A DNA stretch of 64,000 nucleotides from Ignavibacteriota bacterium (lineage in GTDB: Bacteria > Bacteroidota > Ignavibacteria > UBA10030 > CAVZMI01): positions 166,257 to 230,256 of the forward strand of contig CAVZMI010000018.1 of NCBI GenBank assembly GCA_963776275.1, read 5' to 3'. Every line of letters starts with the position of its first letter. Position 1 is the first letter of the stretch. A program made the translations under genes and the position numbers. The notes under the pieces are model-generated. The model made no database searches. It was not told the DNA's origin and worked only from the letters and a program-made list of their open reading frames with translations. Positions 50,385-62,261 of the stretch are shown in pieces.

Positions 50385-51250
50385 TGACGACACAGATTGC
50401 ACCGGCAATAAATACAAATCGAAGTTCGATGAGGCCGAACCCCGTCCGTATCCAGAAGATACTCTGGGAAACCGACGATGTGTTTACACTGACGCTCGAT
50501 ATGAGTACGCACAAGAATCCTTCGGGTTTCAAATTTGCTCCGGGTCAGTTTAATATGATCTATGCTTTCGGTATCGGCGAATCGGCAATCTCCATCAGCT
50601 CGGATCCGGCACACACTGGTACTCTGAGACACACAATTCAACGGATCGGAGTCGTTACAGACGCACTTTCGCAGCTGCGTCGCGGCGATGTTGTCGGAAT
50701 TCGCGGCCCCTTCGGAACCGGCTGGCCGATAGATACGCTCAAAGGGCGGGATATATTGATTGTCGCCGGTGGAATCGGACTTGCACCGTTACGTTCGGTA
50801 GTTTATCACGTGTTAGAGCACCGGTCTGATTTTGGCCGTATGATCCTTCTGTACGGTGCCCGGACTCCGCTCAATCTACTTTTTCGAGTCGAGCTGGAAC
50901 AATGGAGCAAACAGCCGGGCGTTGAAGTCCTGACAACAGTGGATAAAGGAGATTCCACCTGGAAAGGGAATATCAGCGTTGTGACAAAACTCCTGGGATC
51001 GGCCAAGCTTAATCTTGAAAATACAATTGCTTTGGTATGCGGTCCGGAACTTATGATGAAATACGGCGCGGTAGATATCGAACGACATGGAATAAAGCGC
51101 GGGCAAATTTTCCTCTCGATGGAACGGAACATGAAATGCGGAGTGGGATTATGCGGGCACTGCCAGTTCGGACCGTTATTTGTCTGCAAGGACGGGCCGG
51201 TTTTCCCGTATACTCGCGTTCGTGATTTTCTTGAAAAGAAAGAGCTCTGA
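50384..51250 (+). CDS. Hydrogenase gamma subunit (FAD/NAD-binding, 2Fe-2S)
   Basis: [34 protein letters not shown]. Confidence 0.92.
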   Translation: MTTQIAPAINTNRSSMRPNPVRIQKILWETDDVFTLTLDMSTHKNPSGFKFAPGQFNMIYAFGIGESAISISSDPAHTGTLRHTIQRIGVVTDALSQLRRGDVVGIRGPFGTGWPIDTLKGRDILIVAGGIGLAPLRSVVYHVLEHRSDFGRMILLYGARTPLNLLFRVELEQWSKQPGVEVLTTVDKGDSTWKGNISVVTKLLGSAKLNLENTIALVCGPELMMKYGAVDIERHGIKRGQIFLSMERNMKCGVGLCGHCQFGPLFVCKDGPVFPYTRVRDFLEKKEL

Positions 51251-51252
51251 CT

Positions 51253-52029
51253 ATGGCGAAGAAAAAACCAAAGCTTGCCGTGTATAAATTCGCATCATGC
51301 GACGGATGCCAGCTGTCGATTCTCGATGTGGAAGACGAGCTCCTTGCTATCGCGGGTGCAATCGACATTGCGAATTTTCCCGAGGCAAGCAGAAGAGTCG
51401 TGAAAGGTCCGTACGATATCGGTCTTGTGGAAGGTAGCGTCACGACGCCTCATGATGTGGAACGTACCCGGGAGATTCGGAAGGAGTGCCGCACTCTGAT
51501 TACAATCGGAGCATGTGCGACAGCGGGTGGTATACAGGCATTGCGCAACTGGCAGGATGTGAAGAACTACACAAAAATCGTGTATCCAACTCCGGAATAT
51601 ATATCGACGCTTGATCGATCATTACCCATAGGCTCGTTTGTGCGCGTCGATTATGAACTTCGGGGCTGTCCCATAAATAAAAATCAGTTGGTCGAAGTAA
51701 TCAAAGCCATGCTTCAGAAACGCCGTCCGATTATTTCGGCGTACAGTGTGTGTGTCGATTGTAAACTCCGGGGAAATATATGCGTCATGGTGGCCCACAA
51801 GGAACCATGTCTGGGGCCGGTGACGCATGCGGGATGCGAAGCTCTCTGCCCTTCATACAATCGGGGCTGCTATGGATGCTTCGGTCCGATGGAAAGTCCG
51901 AACACCGGAGCACTGAGCAACCAGTTGAAGGACATGGGAATGAGCGGGTACGACATCAAGCTGGCATTCCGAGGATTCAATGCATATGCAGAAGCCTTCC
52001 GTAAGGAGAGCGACGTTCATGATAAATAA
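51253..52029 (+). CDS. [NiFe] hydrogenase small (delta) subunit
   Basis: [27 protein letters not shown]. Confidence 0.92.
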   Translation: MAKKKPKLAVYKFASCDGCQLSILDVEDELLAIAGAIDIANFPEASRRVVKGPYDIGLVEGSVTTPHDVERTREIRKECRTLITIGACATAGGIQALRNWQDVKNYTKIVYPTPEYISTLDRSLPIGSFVRVDYELRGCPINKNQLVEVIKAMLQKRRPIISAYSVCVDCKLRGNICVMVAHKEPCLGPVTHAGCEALCPSYNRGCYGCFGPMESPNTGALSNQLKDMGMSGYDIKLAFRGFNAYAEAFRKESDVHDK

Positions 52030-53303
52030 GACGATCAAAGTCGATTATCTTACCCGGGTTGAAGGAGAAGGATCGATTTATGTGAAGGTGCACGGTGGTG
52101 AGGTTACGGAACGTCAAGTTCAAGATATTTGAACCGCCCCGTTTTTTTGAAGCCTTCCTCCGCGGCCGGAAATACTCCGAGGCTCCCGACATCACGGCGC
52201 GTATCTGCGGAATTTGTCCGATTGCATACCAAATGAGCGCAGTCACTGCAATTGAAGATGCATTCGACGTCGCCGTCGAAGGACAATTACGCGAATTGCG
52301 CCGGTTGATGTATTGCGGTGAATGGATCGAAAGTCATGCTCTCCACATCTACATGCTTCATGCACCCGATTTTCTCGGATATGAGGATGTGCTCCAGATG
52401 GCGAAGGATCATGCCGCGGTTGTTAAACGTGCGCTGGAGATCAAGAAAATCGGAAATGAAATTGTCGCGATGCTCGGCGGACGCGAAATTCACCCGGTCA
52501 ACTGTCGTGTCGGCGGTTTCTATCGTGTGCCGACCCGTCGGGAATTGGAACCTCTTGTCGCAAAACTTGAATGGGCCCGCGATGCGGCCGTCGAGGCCGT
52601 TCGGTGGACAAACACGCTTCAGTTTCCTGATTTTGAAGATGACTATGAGTTCGTGGCGCTGCGCCACCCGTCCGAATATCCGTTGACTGAAGGACGGCTG
52701 GTTTCAAACAAAGGACTCGATATCGCAATTAGAGATTATGAATTTCAATTTGAAGAAAAACACGCTCCACATTCGAATGCACTGCAGTCCAATCTGAAAA
52801 AGCGCGGTAACTATTTTGTCGGTCCCCTCGCACGGTTCAATCTTAATTTCGACAGACTGACACCGATGGCGGCGAAGGTAGCCGAAGAACTCGGCATCGT
52901 TCCGCCGATTAGGAATCCGTTTAAGAGCATAATCGTCCGGAGTGTCGAACTTGTTTTTGCATTCGAAGAAGCCTTGCGAATTATCAAATCGTACACTCCA
53001 CCGGAATATCCATCGATCGAAATGAAGTCGAAGGCGGCATTTGGATTCGGCTGTACCGAGGCTCCTCGCGGAATCCTCTATCACCGGTATCGTATTGGGG
53101 AAGACGGACTCATCAAAGACGCGAAAATTGTGCCACCGACTTCTCAGAATCAAAATACCATGGAGTCGGATCTTAGAAAGTTCGTAACAGCGAATATCAA
53201 TCTTTCAAAAGAAGATCTTACCTGGAAATGCGAGCAGGCGGTCAGGAACTATGACCCCTGTATTTCCTGCGCTACGCATTTTGTTACACTTGAAGTGGTT
53301 TAA
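52019..53303 (+). CDS. [NiFe] hydrogenase large (alpha) subunit, group 3b-type (frameshift near 52110)
   Basis: True start [18 protein letters not shown] at 52019; RICGIC and DPCISCATH Ni-binding motifs. Confidence 0.92.
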
Positions 53304-53316
53304 GCCAGCGTTTTGC

Positions 53317-53805
53317 ATGTCACAATGGTTGGTGATCGGTATTGGAAATGAATTCCGCGGCGACGATCTCGCCGGATGTCTCGTCGCACGGACGTTGAAC
53401 GACATGGGCTGTGGTGATACCCGTGTAATCGAACATCAGGGGGATGGAACGGCACTCCTACCATATTTCCGGGAAGCAGATAAGATTATCATTATCGATG
53501 CAGTCCGGTCCGGCAAACCGCCCGGCTTCATTCACAGGCTTGATCTTCTCACGGATTCTATACCGGTAAATTTTATTCATGATTCCTCTCATCTGTTCGG
53601 TGTCGTTGAAGCGGTTGCCCTGGCGCGTGAGCTTCACCATCTTCCTTCGCGTCTGATCCTGTACGGCATTGAAGGAAAACTTTTTGAAGTGGGAGGATCT
53701 CTATCTCCTGAAGTCCAGGGATCAGTGATACGTGTTGCTCGTCGAATCATCGATGAAATAACCGCTGAACGCGGGGAGAATGCCGATGTTAAGCGACGGT
53801 CATAA
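53317..53805 (+). CDS. Hydrogenase maturation protease
   Basis: VIGIGNEFRGDDLAG, IIDAV, SSHLFG. Confidence 0.92.
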   Translation: MSQWLVIGIGNEFRGDDLAGCLVARTLNDMGCGDTRVIEHQGDGTALLPYFREADKIIIIDAVRSGKPPGFIHRLDLLTDSIPVNFIHDSSHLFGVVEAVALARELHHLPSRLILYGIEGKLFEVGGSLSPEVQGSVIRVARRIIDEITAERGENADVKRRS

Positions 53806-53822
53806 CTTCATCATGTAAACCT

Positions 53823-56036
53823 ATGAATATATTGGGTATTCGAAAAGCTGTAATTGGTTTCATCTCCTTCATTTTTATTCTTTATTTGCCGGCGCTCGGG
53901 CAGAAGGGAATAAAAGAATTCACGGTGGAGGAAATTTACGGATCAGGGAAATTCGCCGGCGAGGCCATTCGTGGAATCGAATGGGTGAAGGATAAAGGGA
54001 AAACAACGAAATTTTCATTTCTTAAGAATGACGAATCAACGCATCAGACGAATCTCTGGATTCATGATCTCGAATCGGGAGAGCAAAAACTTCTTGTCGA
54101 TGCTTCGGCACTTGTTCTCAATCCCGGCGACAGGCCCTTTCATATCTCAAATTATATATGGTCGCCCGATTATTCTAAAATTCTTTTTACGGGAATTCTG
54201 CCGGCACGAAAGACCAAGACCGGCGGAGATTTTTATCTCTACGATTGTGAAAAAAAATCCTTCAGGGAATTGACGTTTGATGCCAGGGAACAGAGTAATG
54301 TGCAATTCTCGCCGGATGGATCGAGGATTGGGTTCGTCCGGGCCAACAATATTAGTGTGCTTGATCTTAACTCCGGAAAAGAGACTCAGCTGACGACCGA
54401 TGGGGCGGAGCATGTGCTCAACGGACATTTCGATTGGGTGTACGAGGAGGAGTTCAGCATTATCGACGGATGGAAGTGGTCACCTGATGGAAAGCGTATT
54501 GCTTACTGGCATCTTGACGAAAACCGTGTACCTGTGCATCTCCTGTGGAACTACGAACCGCAGCATGCTGAATCGATCGAAACGCGATATCCGCAGCCGG
54601 GTGATCCGAACTCTATCGTGAAAATTGGGATTATCTCGCTCGACACAAAAAAGAACGCATGGGTCGATCTTGGAGCTAATGATGATATCTATGTCCCACG
54701 CATCTATTGGTCGCCCGCGGGGAACTCGCTCTTTGTCGAGCGGCTCAATCGCGCACAAAACCTGCTCGAAATGCTTGCAGCCGATCCGGTGTCGGGATCG
54801 ACAAAAGTACTCTTCATGGAAAAGGATGATGCATGGATCGACATTTTTGATGATATGACATTCCTTCCGTCCACGAATCAGTTCATCTGGTCTTCGAAGC
54901 GCGACGGATATAAACATCTCTACCTGTATAATATGGACGGTAGGCTTATTCAACAGATTACAAAAGGAGATTGGGAAGTCGACAGATTGAAGGGTATTGA
55001 TGAAAAGCAGGGGTTGATTTATTTTACTGCGGCTAAGAAATCGCCGCTGGAGAGACACCTCTATGCAATCAGGTTCGATGGATCGGGATTACGGCAATTG
55101 ACCAAAGGGGATGGAACACATTCGATTGATATGTCGCCCGATCATCAGTACTTCATCGATAGTTATTCAACAGTTATACGGCCGCAAAAGCAGCTTCTCT
55201 ATTCGTCAGGGGGTACGCTGATTCGCGAGCTTGAGGATAACCCTATGAATATCCTTAATGAATATTCGATGGGTGAAGCGGGTTTCTTTACATTTAAGAC
55301 ATCTGATGGAGTGGAGTTATATTATTCGATGATTACGCCGCCGGCCTTCGATTCGAATAAGAAATATCCGGTGCTGCTCGATGTCTATGGTGAACCGGGC
55401 TCTCAAACAGTTAAAAACACATGGGGCGGCAAAGATTATCTATGGCAACAGATGCTTGCACAAAAAGGATTCGTTATAGTCCAGGTGGATAATCGGGGGA
55501 CAGGATTTCGGGGAAAAGCATTTGAACAGATGGGCTATTTGCATCTCGGTAAGTGGGAGGTGAACGATTATATCGAGACAGCGAAATATCTCGGCTCACT
55601 TCCTAATGTCGATAAGAACAGGATTGGCATCTGGGGGTGGAGTTATGGGGGATATGTTACACTTCTGACAATGTGCCTCGGTGCCGACTATTTCAAAACC
55701 GGAGTTGCGGTGGCTCCTGTCACGCAGTGGATGTACTATGATGATATATATACCGAGCGCTACATGAGTACTCCGAAAGAAAATCCTGAAGGATACAATG
55801 AAAGCTCGCCCATTAACTACGCCTCACAAATGAAAGGGAATCTACTCATTATACATGGAACCGATGATGATAATGTGCACTGGCAGAACACAATCACAAT
55901 GGTCGATACACTTATCAAGGCCGATAAACAATTTGAGACTGCATTCTATCCCGGGAAAAATCATAATATTTCGGGAGGCATGACCCGGCTGCACCTTTAC
56001 ACAAAAATCACGGAATTTATTTTAAAAAACCTGTAA
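53823..56036 (+). CDS. Dipeptidyl-peptidase IV (S9B)
   Basis: DWVYEEE, GWSYGG, HGTDDDNVH. Confidence 0.95.
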   Translation: MNILGIRKAVIGFISFIFILYLPALGQKGIKEFTVEEIYGSGKFAGEAIRGIEWVKDKGKTTKFSFLKNDESTHQTNLWIHDLESGEQKLLVDASALVLNPGDRPFHISNYIWSPDYSKILFTGILPARKTKTGGDFYLYDCEKKSFRELTFDAREQSNVQFSPDGSRIGFVRANNISVLDLNSGKETQLTTDGAEHVLNGHFDWVYEEEFSIIDGWKWSPDGKRIAYWHLDENRVPVHLLWNYEPQHAESIETRYPQPGDPNSIVKIGIISLDTKKNAWVDLGANDDIYVPRIYWSPAGNSLFVERLNRAQNLLEMLAADPVSGSTKVLFMEKDDAWIDIFDDMTFLPSTNQFIWSSKRDGYKHLYLYNMDGRLIQQITKGDWEVDRLKGIDEKQGLIYFTAAKKSPLERHLYAIRFDGSGLRQLTKGDGTHSIDMSPDHQYFIDSYSTVIRPQKQLLYSSGGTLIRELEDNPMNILNEYSMGEAGFFTFKTSDGVELYYSMITPPAFDSNKKYPVLLDVYGEPGSQTVKNTWGGKDYLWQQMLAQKGFVIVQVDNRGTGFRGKAFEQMGYLHLGKWEVNDYIETAKYLGSLPNVDKNRIGIWGWSYGGYVTLLTMCLGADYFKTGVAVAPVTQWMYYDDIYTERYMSTPKENPEGYNESSPINYASQMKGNLLIIHGTDDDNVHWQNTITMVDTLIKADKQFETAFYPGKNHNISGGMTRLHLYTKITEFILKNL

Positions 56037-56203
56037 AATCAGTGTTGTCCAAAATAAATTAATAATTGTCGAAGAACTGGTGAAAACATGAAGTATTGGA
56101 CATGGTGATGCGAGCATCATATAGAAGATCCCGGTATGCTGTCCAAAACATGGTAGAAAGAATCATTCAAGAAATGAAATACAAGTTATAATTCGCTTTG
56201 AGA

Positions 56204-56436
56204 AATATCTCACCCCTTCAGGGTTTTTGATGTTCTTCCTTATAGATTCAAGGGGCTACGCCCCTTGCAGATATATTCCACCCCCGTTGGGGTGGTTTTG
56301 GAAGCAGATCCATAACGCGAAATTTAAAAATCACATTGCATTCAGACCCTGAAAGGGTCGGATACTCCGGCTTGGGATAAAATCCCAAGAAATGTCAAAA
56401 GATAGTTCCTTCCGCACCCTGTAGGGGTGCAATATC
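56204..56436. repeat. Inverted pair of three-hairpin REP/MITE-like units
   Basis: ccccttcagggt, aggggctacgcccct, cccccgttgggg mirrored by accctgaaagggt, cttgggataaaatcccaag, accctgtaggggtg. Confidence 0.7.
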
Positions 56437-56498
56437 TATTTTGGACAAGTAAGCTGTAATATAAGATAAATATTGCTTAGGTCGGGTATTACCATATG

Positions 56499-57648
56499 TT
56501 ATCTTGCCTTATTATAGAAAGACTCCGGAAGTCCTTTTTTTCTCAAAATCATACCCGTGTCATCGATCGTTAATGGTGTTGACGGGAAATCCGACCGGGT
56601 TAATTTTTGAATCTCCTTAATGGCAGTACTATACGGATCCGGAATCGGACCTCCATCTCCGACCTGTTTAATCGGAATAATTCTGCCATCGAGAAAATTT
56701 CCGGTTCGGTCGATATGCAGACGTACAATAGGAGCAATACCGCATTTCCCCGAAAGTTCAAATTGCCCGAAGGTGCAGAAATTTCCAAGGCTGTATGCAA
56801 TGAATCTAATCTTTATATAATTCAATTGCCCTTGTTACATGACGACCATGTCCGAACACAACATCGGCTCCAGCATCTATCACTGCATGTGCAAATCGAT
56901 AAACGTCGCCGCGATTCTCGCCCAAGTATATTTCGGTTGTTTTTTTCACGTGAGTATGACCCTCGCCTTCCGCCCCGCCATGAAAAGAAACAATGACTAC
57001 TTCACAGACCGAGTCGAGCATAGAGACGATTCGCCTGGCTTGTTCGATATCACAAATATCGACAGTACCCGAGTTTGGAGCAAAACCACAGAATCCGTAT
57101 TTTATCCCGCCTTTTTTGAATATTGTATACGGCTTGTCGATGAGACCTGCATAGTAAAGGCCGACACTATCAAGTGTCTCTGTCGTGCTTATACGTCCTC
57201 GATCGCCGAAATCGCCCGAGTGATTATTTGCGATGTTGACCAGTGTAAAACCGGCATCGACGAGATATTTTGCATATCGTCTTGGTTGACGGAAAGCAAA
57301 AAGATTTTTGGGATTTTCAACCTTCTTGAGAATGCCGCCGCTGTCAAGAAATGTACCTTCGCTATTTCCGAAAGTGATGTCTGTATTCCCAAGAAACTCC
57401 CGGACAGGAGCAAGAAGTGTTGCGCCGTCGTCCGGTGGAAGAAACGCCTCGCTTGGAAAGTTCGATCCGAGCATAATATCTCCGACGGCGGCGATAGTGA
57501 TTGTATCTTTATCCGGGCTTTTTGTCGTGAGATCATTGCTCTGTGGGCGTGCCTGGGAACCAAGTATTAAGGATATGGCAAAAAATTTGATAATTCGGAG
57601 ATAGATTACTAAGATCCGGCTGTCGTGTTGTTCCGATGAAAGTTTCAT
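56499..57648 (-). CDS. CapA family metallophosphatase (frameshift near 56810)
   Basis: AVGDIMLG, NIANNH, SFHGGAE, GHG, AYSLGNF. Confidence 0.88.
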
Positions 57649-57798
57649 GATTATCGAAGATGATTAAATAGATTGTATTAAAATAAAGAACTGGCTCTGA
57701 AAAATCAAGGTATCCGGCAATCGGCGTGGTTATGTTTTTATTTTCCTACTTTTTATCTATATTCAGTAAATTTGAAGTTGACAAATCCGGATGACTCT

Positions 57799-59748
57799 AT
57801 GCCCACAAAAGATTTTCACCCCTATGTTCCCGCTGAAACAATATTTAAAGAACTCTCTATAAAGGCACTGGTAATCGGAGTTGCACTTGCATCGGTTATG
57901 GGGGCGGCGAATGCGTACATCGGTCTGAAGGCCGGAATGACCATTTCGGCGACATTCCCGGCGGCAGTGATCGCGATTGCATTGATGCGATGGCTGAAGG
58001 GTTCGATTCTGGAAGAGAATATCGTTCGTACCACAGCCACGGTCGGTGAAGCTCTGGTGGCAGGGGCGATTTTTACTCTCCCCGCGTTCATCGTCACCGG
58101 AATCTGGACGGAATTTAATTACTGGGAGAGTACCGTCATAATGCTTGTAGGTGGAATTCTCGGTGTTCTGTTCGTCGTGCTTCTCCGGAGAGTCCTTATC
58201 GACGAATCGGATTTGCCGTATCCCGAAAGCATTGCGTGTGCCGAAATTGTCAAAGCCGGGCAGAAAGGCGAGAGCAGGGCAAAATATGTTTTCGGCGCGC
58301 TAGGTATGGCTGCCGTCATTGAATTCTTCAAGAATAGCCGCGGTATAAAAATATTTGGTGAGAATTTTTCGGGTTTTATTCCATTCAAAGATTCCATCAT
58401 TACAATCGGGGGAAAAGAATCGACGTATACCGGCGGTCTTTTCCTTCAGTCTCCGCTCGCATCGCCGGCCTTGGTTTCGGTGGGCTATATAATCGGCTTC
58501 GAACTCTCGGCAATCGCATGGGCAGGCGGTGTCTTTGCATGGTTTTTCCTCATTCCACTTGGCGTGTTTCTCAACGGAAGAATTCCCGCCGGCTCGGATA
58601 TCGCACTGGTCTTTCACGATGTCTGGTATTATCAGGTTCGTATGATCGCAATCGGTGCAATGCTCATCGGTGCCGTCCATACACTCTGGGGTCTCAGAAA
58701 ACCGCTTGTGGAAGGAATCGTTCGCGCCTTTCGCGATCTCCGGGGAATCAGAAGCAGTTCGGAAGATGTTTCCCGTCTCCAGAAAGATATTCCATTCTCC
58801 TGGATACTTATAGGACTCTTTATCCTTACAGTCCCCATTACAACTATTTATTTTTACTACACACACGATCCGGTCGCCTCGATATGCGTGGCGGTGATCA
58901 TGATTGTCACCGGTTTTTTGTTTACTGCCGTGGCGGGATATCTCGTGGGAGTCATGGGAGGATCGAACAATCCGATTTCCGGACTTACTCTGCCTTCTCT
59001 TGTCATTGCGGCTCTTCTTATGGTGTTATTTGGAATTTCGGGAAAGGGGGGCGTCGCAGCCGCGCTTGGCGTTGCTGCTGTCGTATGCTGTGCGCTCGGG
59101 ATCGGCGGAAGTATTTTGCAGGATTTGAAGGTCGGACACATCCTAGGCGGTACGCCGTGGAAAATGGAGCTTGGTGAAATCGTGAGTGTGATTGTCACTG
59201 CTTTTGTGCTTGTGTTCCCGATGGCAATTCTCCACGCAGGAACCCCCGGTGGAATCGGCGGTACGGAATTACCCGCACCGCAGGCTGGGCTCATGGCCGC
59301 CCTCTCACAGGGTATTGTCGGGGGGACGATGGCCTGGCCTCTGCTGTTGTTCGGTGCGGCATTTGCGATCGGTCTCATTCTTATAAAATCTCCTTCACCG
59401 ACACTTATTGCAGTGGGAATGTATCTTCCTTTTGAAACTACATCGGCGATTTTTGTCGGTGGACTGCTGAAGTATGTGTTCGATAAAATGAGAAAGACAA
59501 GGGGATATACGGCGATCGAAATGGAATCGTCGGAGAATAAAGGAATTCTTCTTGCATCAGGCCTCGTTGCCGGCGAAGCCATCACGGGTGTCGTTCTGGC
59601 AGGTCTCTTTCTCGCAAATATTTCACTGCCCGCAATTGCCGATAGTCCGACACTCGGACTGTTGATCTTTGGCGTGATTGCGTTTCTTCTTGTAGTAATT
59701 CCGTTAAAAAAAATGTACAATAACAAAATCGGACTGGGAATAGGATGA
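57799..59748 (+). CDS. OPT family oligopeptide transporter (second paralogue)
   Basis: ANAYIGLKAG, ILEEN, SNNPISG, QDLKVGH, APQA. Confidence 0.95.
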   Translation: MPTKDFHPYVPAETIFKELSIKALVIGVALASVMGAANAYIGLKAGMTISATFPAAVIAIALMRWLKGSILEENIVRTTATVGEALVAGAIFTLPAFIVTGIWTEFNYWESTVIMLVGGILGVLFVVLLRRVLIDESDLPYPESIACAEIVKAGQKGESRAKYVFGALGMAAVIEFFKNSRGIKIFGENFSGFIPFKDSIITIGGKESTYTGGLFLQSPLASPALVSVGYIIGFELSAIAWAGGVFAWFFLIPLGVFLNGRIPAGSDIALVFHDVWYYQVRMIAIGAMLIGAVHTLWGLRKPLVEGIVRAFRDLRGIRSSSEDVSRLQKDIPFSWILIGLFILTVPITTIYFYYTHDPVASICVAVIMIVTGFLFTAVAGYLVGVMGGSNNPISGLTLPSLVIAALLMVLFGISGKGGVAAALGVAAVVCCALGIGGSILQDLKVGHILGGTPWKMELGEIVSVIVTAFVLVFPMAILHAGTPGGIGGTELPAPQAGLMAALSQGIVGGTMAWPLLLFGAAFAIGLILIKSPSPTLIAVGMYLPFETTSAIFVGGLLKYVFDKMRKTRGYTAIEMESSENKGILLASGLVAGEAITGVVLAGLFLANISLPAIADSPTLGLLIFGVIAFLLVVIPLKKMYNNKIGLGIG

Positions 59749-60875
59749 ATCAAAAAATCCGTGTCGGAGTAATTTTTGGAGGACGGTCGGGCGAACACGA
59801 GGTATCTCTCGTCTCGGCGACTTCCATTATCAAGGCTCTTGATCCGTCAAAATACGAGATCGTTCCTATTGGAATCACGAAAGAAGGGAAATGGTTGAGT
59901 TCGTCAGAGGTGCTGCATGCTCTGAGATCGGGGAATGCAGAGCTGACGCTGGAAGAGAAACTGGTTCTTCCCGACCCAACGCGTAAAACTCTTGTCAACG
60001 TATCGGTTCCTGCAGGCTCTCCGGATGAACCACGACTCGATGTTGTGTTCCCGGTCATTCACGGTACGTATGGAGAAGACGGGACTCTGCAGGGATTACT
60101 CGAGCTTGCCGGAATTCCTTATGTTGGAGCAGGCGTACTTGCATCATCGGTCGGCATGGACAAGGTGGTTCAGAAACAGTTGTTTCAGCATGCAAAAATC
60201 CCGATTGCCCCGTTTTTATCGTTTTTATCGTCCGCATATCAGGATAATCAGAAGAAAATAATTCGTCTGATCGAGAAGGAAATAGGTTATCCCTGTTTTG
60301 TCAAACCTGCAAATTCAGGCTCAAGTGTAGGCATTTCGAAATCGCACGACCGGAAAGAGCTCCTGCACGATATTAAATATGCGATGCATTATGACCGGAA
60401 AATAATCGTCGAGTATGCTATCCGGAATGCACGTGAGATTGAATGTTCTGTTCTGGGGAACGATGATCCGAGAGCATCGGTTCCGGGAGAAATCGTTCCG
60501 TCTAACGAGTTTTACGATTACGACGCAAAATATGTGGATGGAAAATCGGTCTCCATCATTCCTGCAAAACTTCCGAAGGCGGTTGTCCGGAAAATACAGG
60601 AACTGGCGATTCGTGCATTCAAGGTAATCGATTGTACCGGAATGGCCCGGGTTGATTTTTTTGTCACAAAACGTACGAGAAAAGTATTCATGAACGAAAT
60701 CAACACGATCCCCGGATTCACCTCGATCAGTATGTATCCGAAAATGTGGGAAGCATCGGGAATATCTTATTCGCAGCTGCTTGACGAGTTGATAAGATTG
60801 GCCGTTGAGCGGTACGAACGTCGGATTAAGCTCTATACATCGTATCAACCGAAGAAGGATTGGTATAAGGAATAA
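59745..60875 (+). CDS. ddl: D-alanine--D-alanine ligase
   Basis: FGGRSGEHEVS, HGTYGEDG, GSSVG, YDYDAKY, NEINTIPGFT. Confidence 0.96.
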   Translation: MNQKIRVGVIFGGRSGEHEVSLVSATSIIKALDPSKYEIVPIGITKEGKWLSSSEVLHALRSGNAELTLEEKLVLPDPTRKTLVNVSVPAGSPDEPRLDVVFPVIHGTYGEDGTLQGLLELAGIPYVGAGVLASSVGMDKVVQKQLFQHAKIPIAPFLSFLSSAYQDNQKKIIRLIEKEIGYPCFVKPANSGSSVGISKSHDRKELLHDIKYAMHYDRKIIVEYAIRNAREIECSVLGNDDPRASVPGEIVPSNEFYDYDAKYVDGKSVSIIPAKLPKAVVRKIQELAIRAFKVIDCTGMARVDFFVTKRTRKVFMNEINTIPGFTSISMYPKMWEASGISYSQLLDELIRLAVERYERRIKLYTSYQPKKDWYKE

Positions 60876-60896
60876 ATTCTGGGGAGAGTGGACCTT

Positions 60897-61427
60897 CTAC
60901 TGTTGTTGAATTATCTCTTTGAAAGCCGATTTCATGGTGAATAGTGAATACTGATCGAAACACACCATGAATACTTTCTCGATGGTAGGATCGTTCTCAA
61001 GAAATTTTTTAATTTCTCTCAGTGCAATTTGTGTAGCACGGACGACTGGAAATCCGTAGGCGCCGGTACTGATCGAAGGGAAGGCGATGGTCTTGACATT
61101 GTTTTCCACAGCGAGTCGAAGTGTGTTTTCATAGCAGTGAGCAAGAAGAGCATCTTCGTCGTTATTTCCTCCACGCCAGATAGGCCCCACCGTATGAATC
61201 ACAAAACGGACCGGAAGTCTGAACCCGCCTGTAATTTTTGCTTCGCCGGTCGGACAACCGTTTAATTTCCGGCACGCTACGTCCATGTCCGGACCCGCAG
61301 CCCGATGAATTGCTCCGTCGACACCGCTGCCGCCGCGGAGGGTAGCGTTGGCTGCATTGACAATCGCGTCGACTTTCTGCTGTGTAATATCACCGAGCGT
61401 TATTTCAATCCGATTCGAAATGTTCAT
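60897..61427 (-). CDS. Macrodomain O-acetyl-ADP-ribose deacetylase (YmdB-like)
   Basis: GDIT, VNAAN, GGSGVDGAIHRAAG, FPSISTGAYG. Confidence 0.92.
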   Translation of the reverse strand: MNISNRIEITLGDITQQKVDAIVNAANATLRGGSGVDGAIHRAAGPDMDVACRKLNGCPTGEAKITGGFRLPVRFVIHTVGPIWRGGNNDEDALLAHCYENTLRLAVENNVKTIAFPSISTGAYGFPVVRATQIALREIKKFLENDPTIEKVFMVCFDQYSLFTMKSAFKEIIQQQ

Positions 61428-61561
61428 ACGGGAAATATGGTAAAGTGAGCTGAAAAAATCAATAGAAAATCGTATTTTCGGGTCATCGGGAATACCCGAA
61501 ATGTAACATTCTGCCGTAATGCTGCGTACCTTAAGATGAAAGCATTCATCTGGAGGATTAC

Positions 61562-62236
61562 ATGGAAACGGGAACTCTTCATATAAAAAGGCTTTACAAG
61601 TCACGCCGTGATCGGATGATCGACGGTGTATGTGCCGGTGTTGCAGAGTATTTTGGCGTCGATCCGACCATTCTACGAATCCTCTGGGTTCTCAGCATAT
61701 TCATCGGGGGAATCGGTTTTTTTTTATATATCGCAGGGATGATCATTATGCCGGCGAATCCTGAACATCTGGCGTCACCGGAGATCGGTACAGCCGTGAA
61801 AACCTCTCATCGCAATCAACGATTCTGGGGAATGATGCTTATCGTTCTCGGTCTTTGTATCCTTCTGACAAATCTCGGAGTGTTGGGATTCTTACATATG
61901 TGGCATATCTCGTGGACGTTTCTCTTTGCGGTATTCCTGATCACGATGGGATTCTTCTTGATTTTTCGTTCTCCGGTAGTTCAGGAACAACCGCCGGCAT
62001 CGGAAGTTCCGGGTTCGGGATCAGGACAGCAGTCGCATTTCCATCGTCTCGAGCGGATACGAAAAGATAAAAAACTCCTCGGCGTGTGCGGGGGGATAGC
62101 AAAATATTTCAATATCGATCCGTCGATTGTTCGCATACTGTATGTTTTCTTTATTTTTATTTCTCACGGAATCGGAATACTCATATATTTTGTACTGGGA
62201 CTGATACTTCCCGAAGAAGAACTGCAATCCGTGTAA
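61562..62236 (+). CDS. Double PspC domain protein
   Basis: Two copies of GVCxGxAxYFxxDP. Confidence 0.88.
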   Translation: METGTLHIKRLYKSRRDRMIDGVCAGVAEYFGVDPTILRILWVLSIFIGGIGFFLYIAGMIIMPANPEHLASPEIGTAVKTSHRNQRFWGMMLIVLGLCILLTNLGVLGFLHMWHISWTFLFAVFLITMGFFLIFRSPVVQEQPPASEVPGSGSGQQSHFHRLERIRKDKKLLGVCGGIAKYFNIDPSIVRILYVFFIFISHGIGILIYFVLGLILPEEELQSV

Positions 62237-62261
62237 CGGATAGAAAGGAGTGTGTGTAATA

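Noticed and set aside
58857-59798. Long antisense ORFs opposite OPT, capA, pepD and SPFH genes
   Set aside because: Shadow frames of well-supported genes on the other strand
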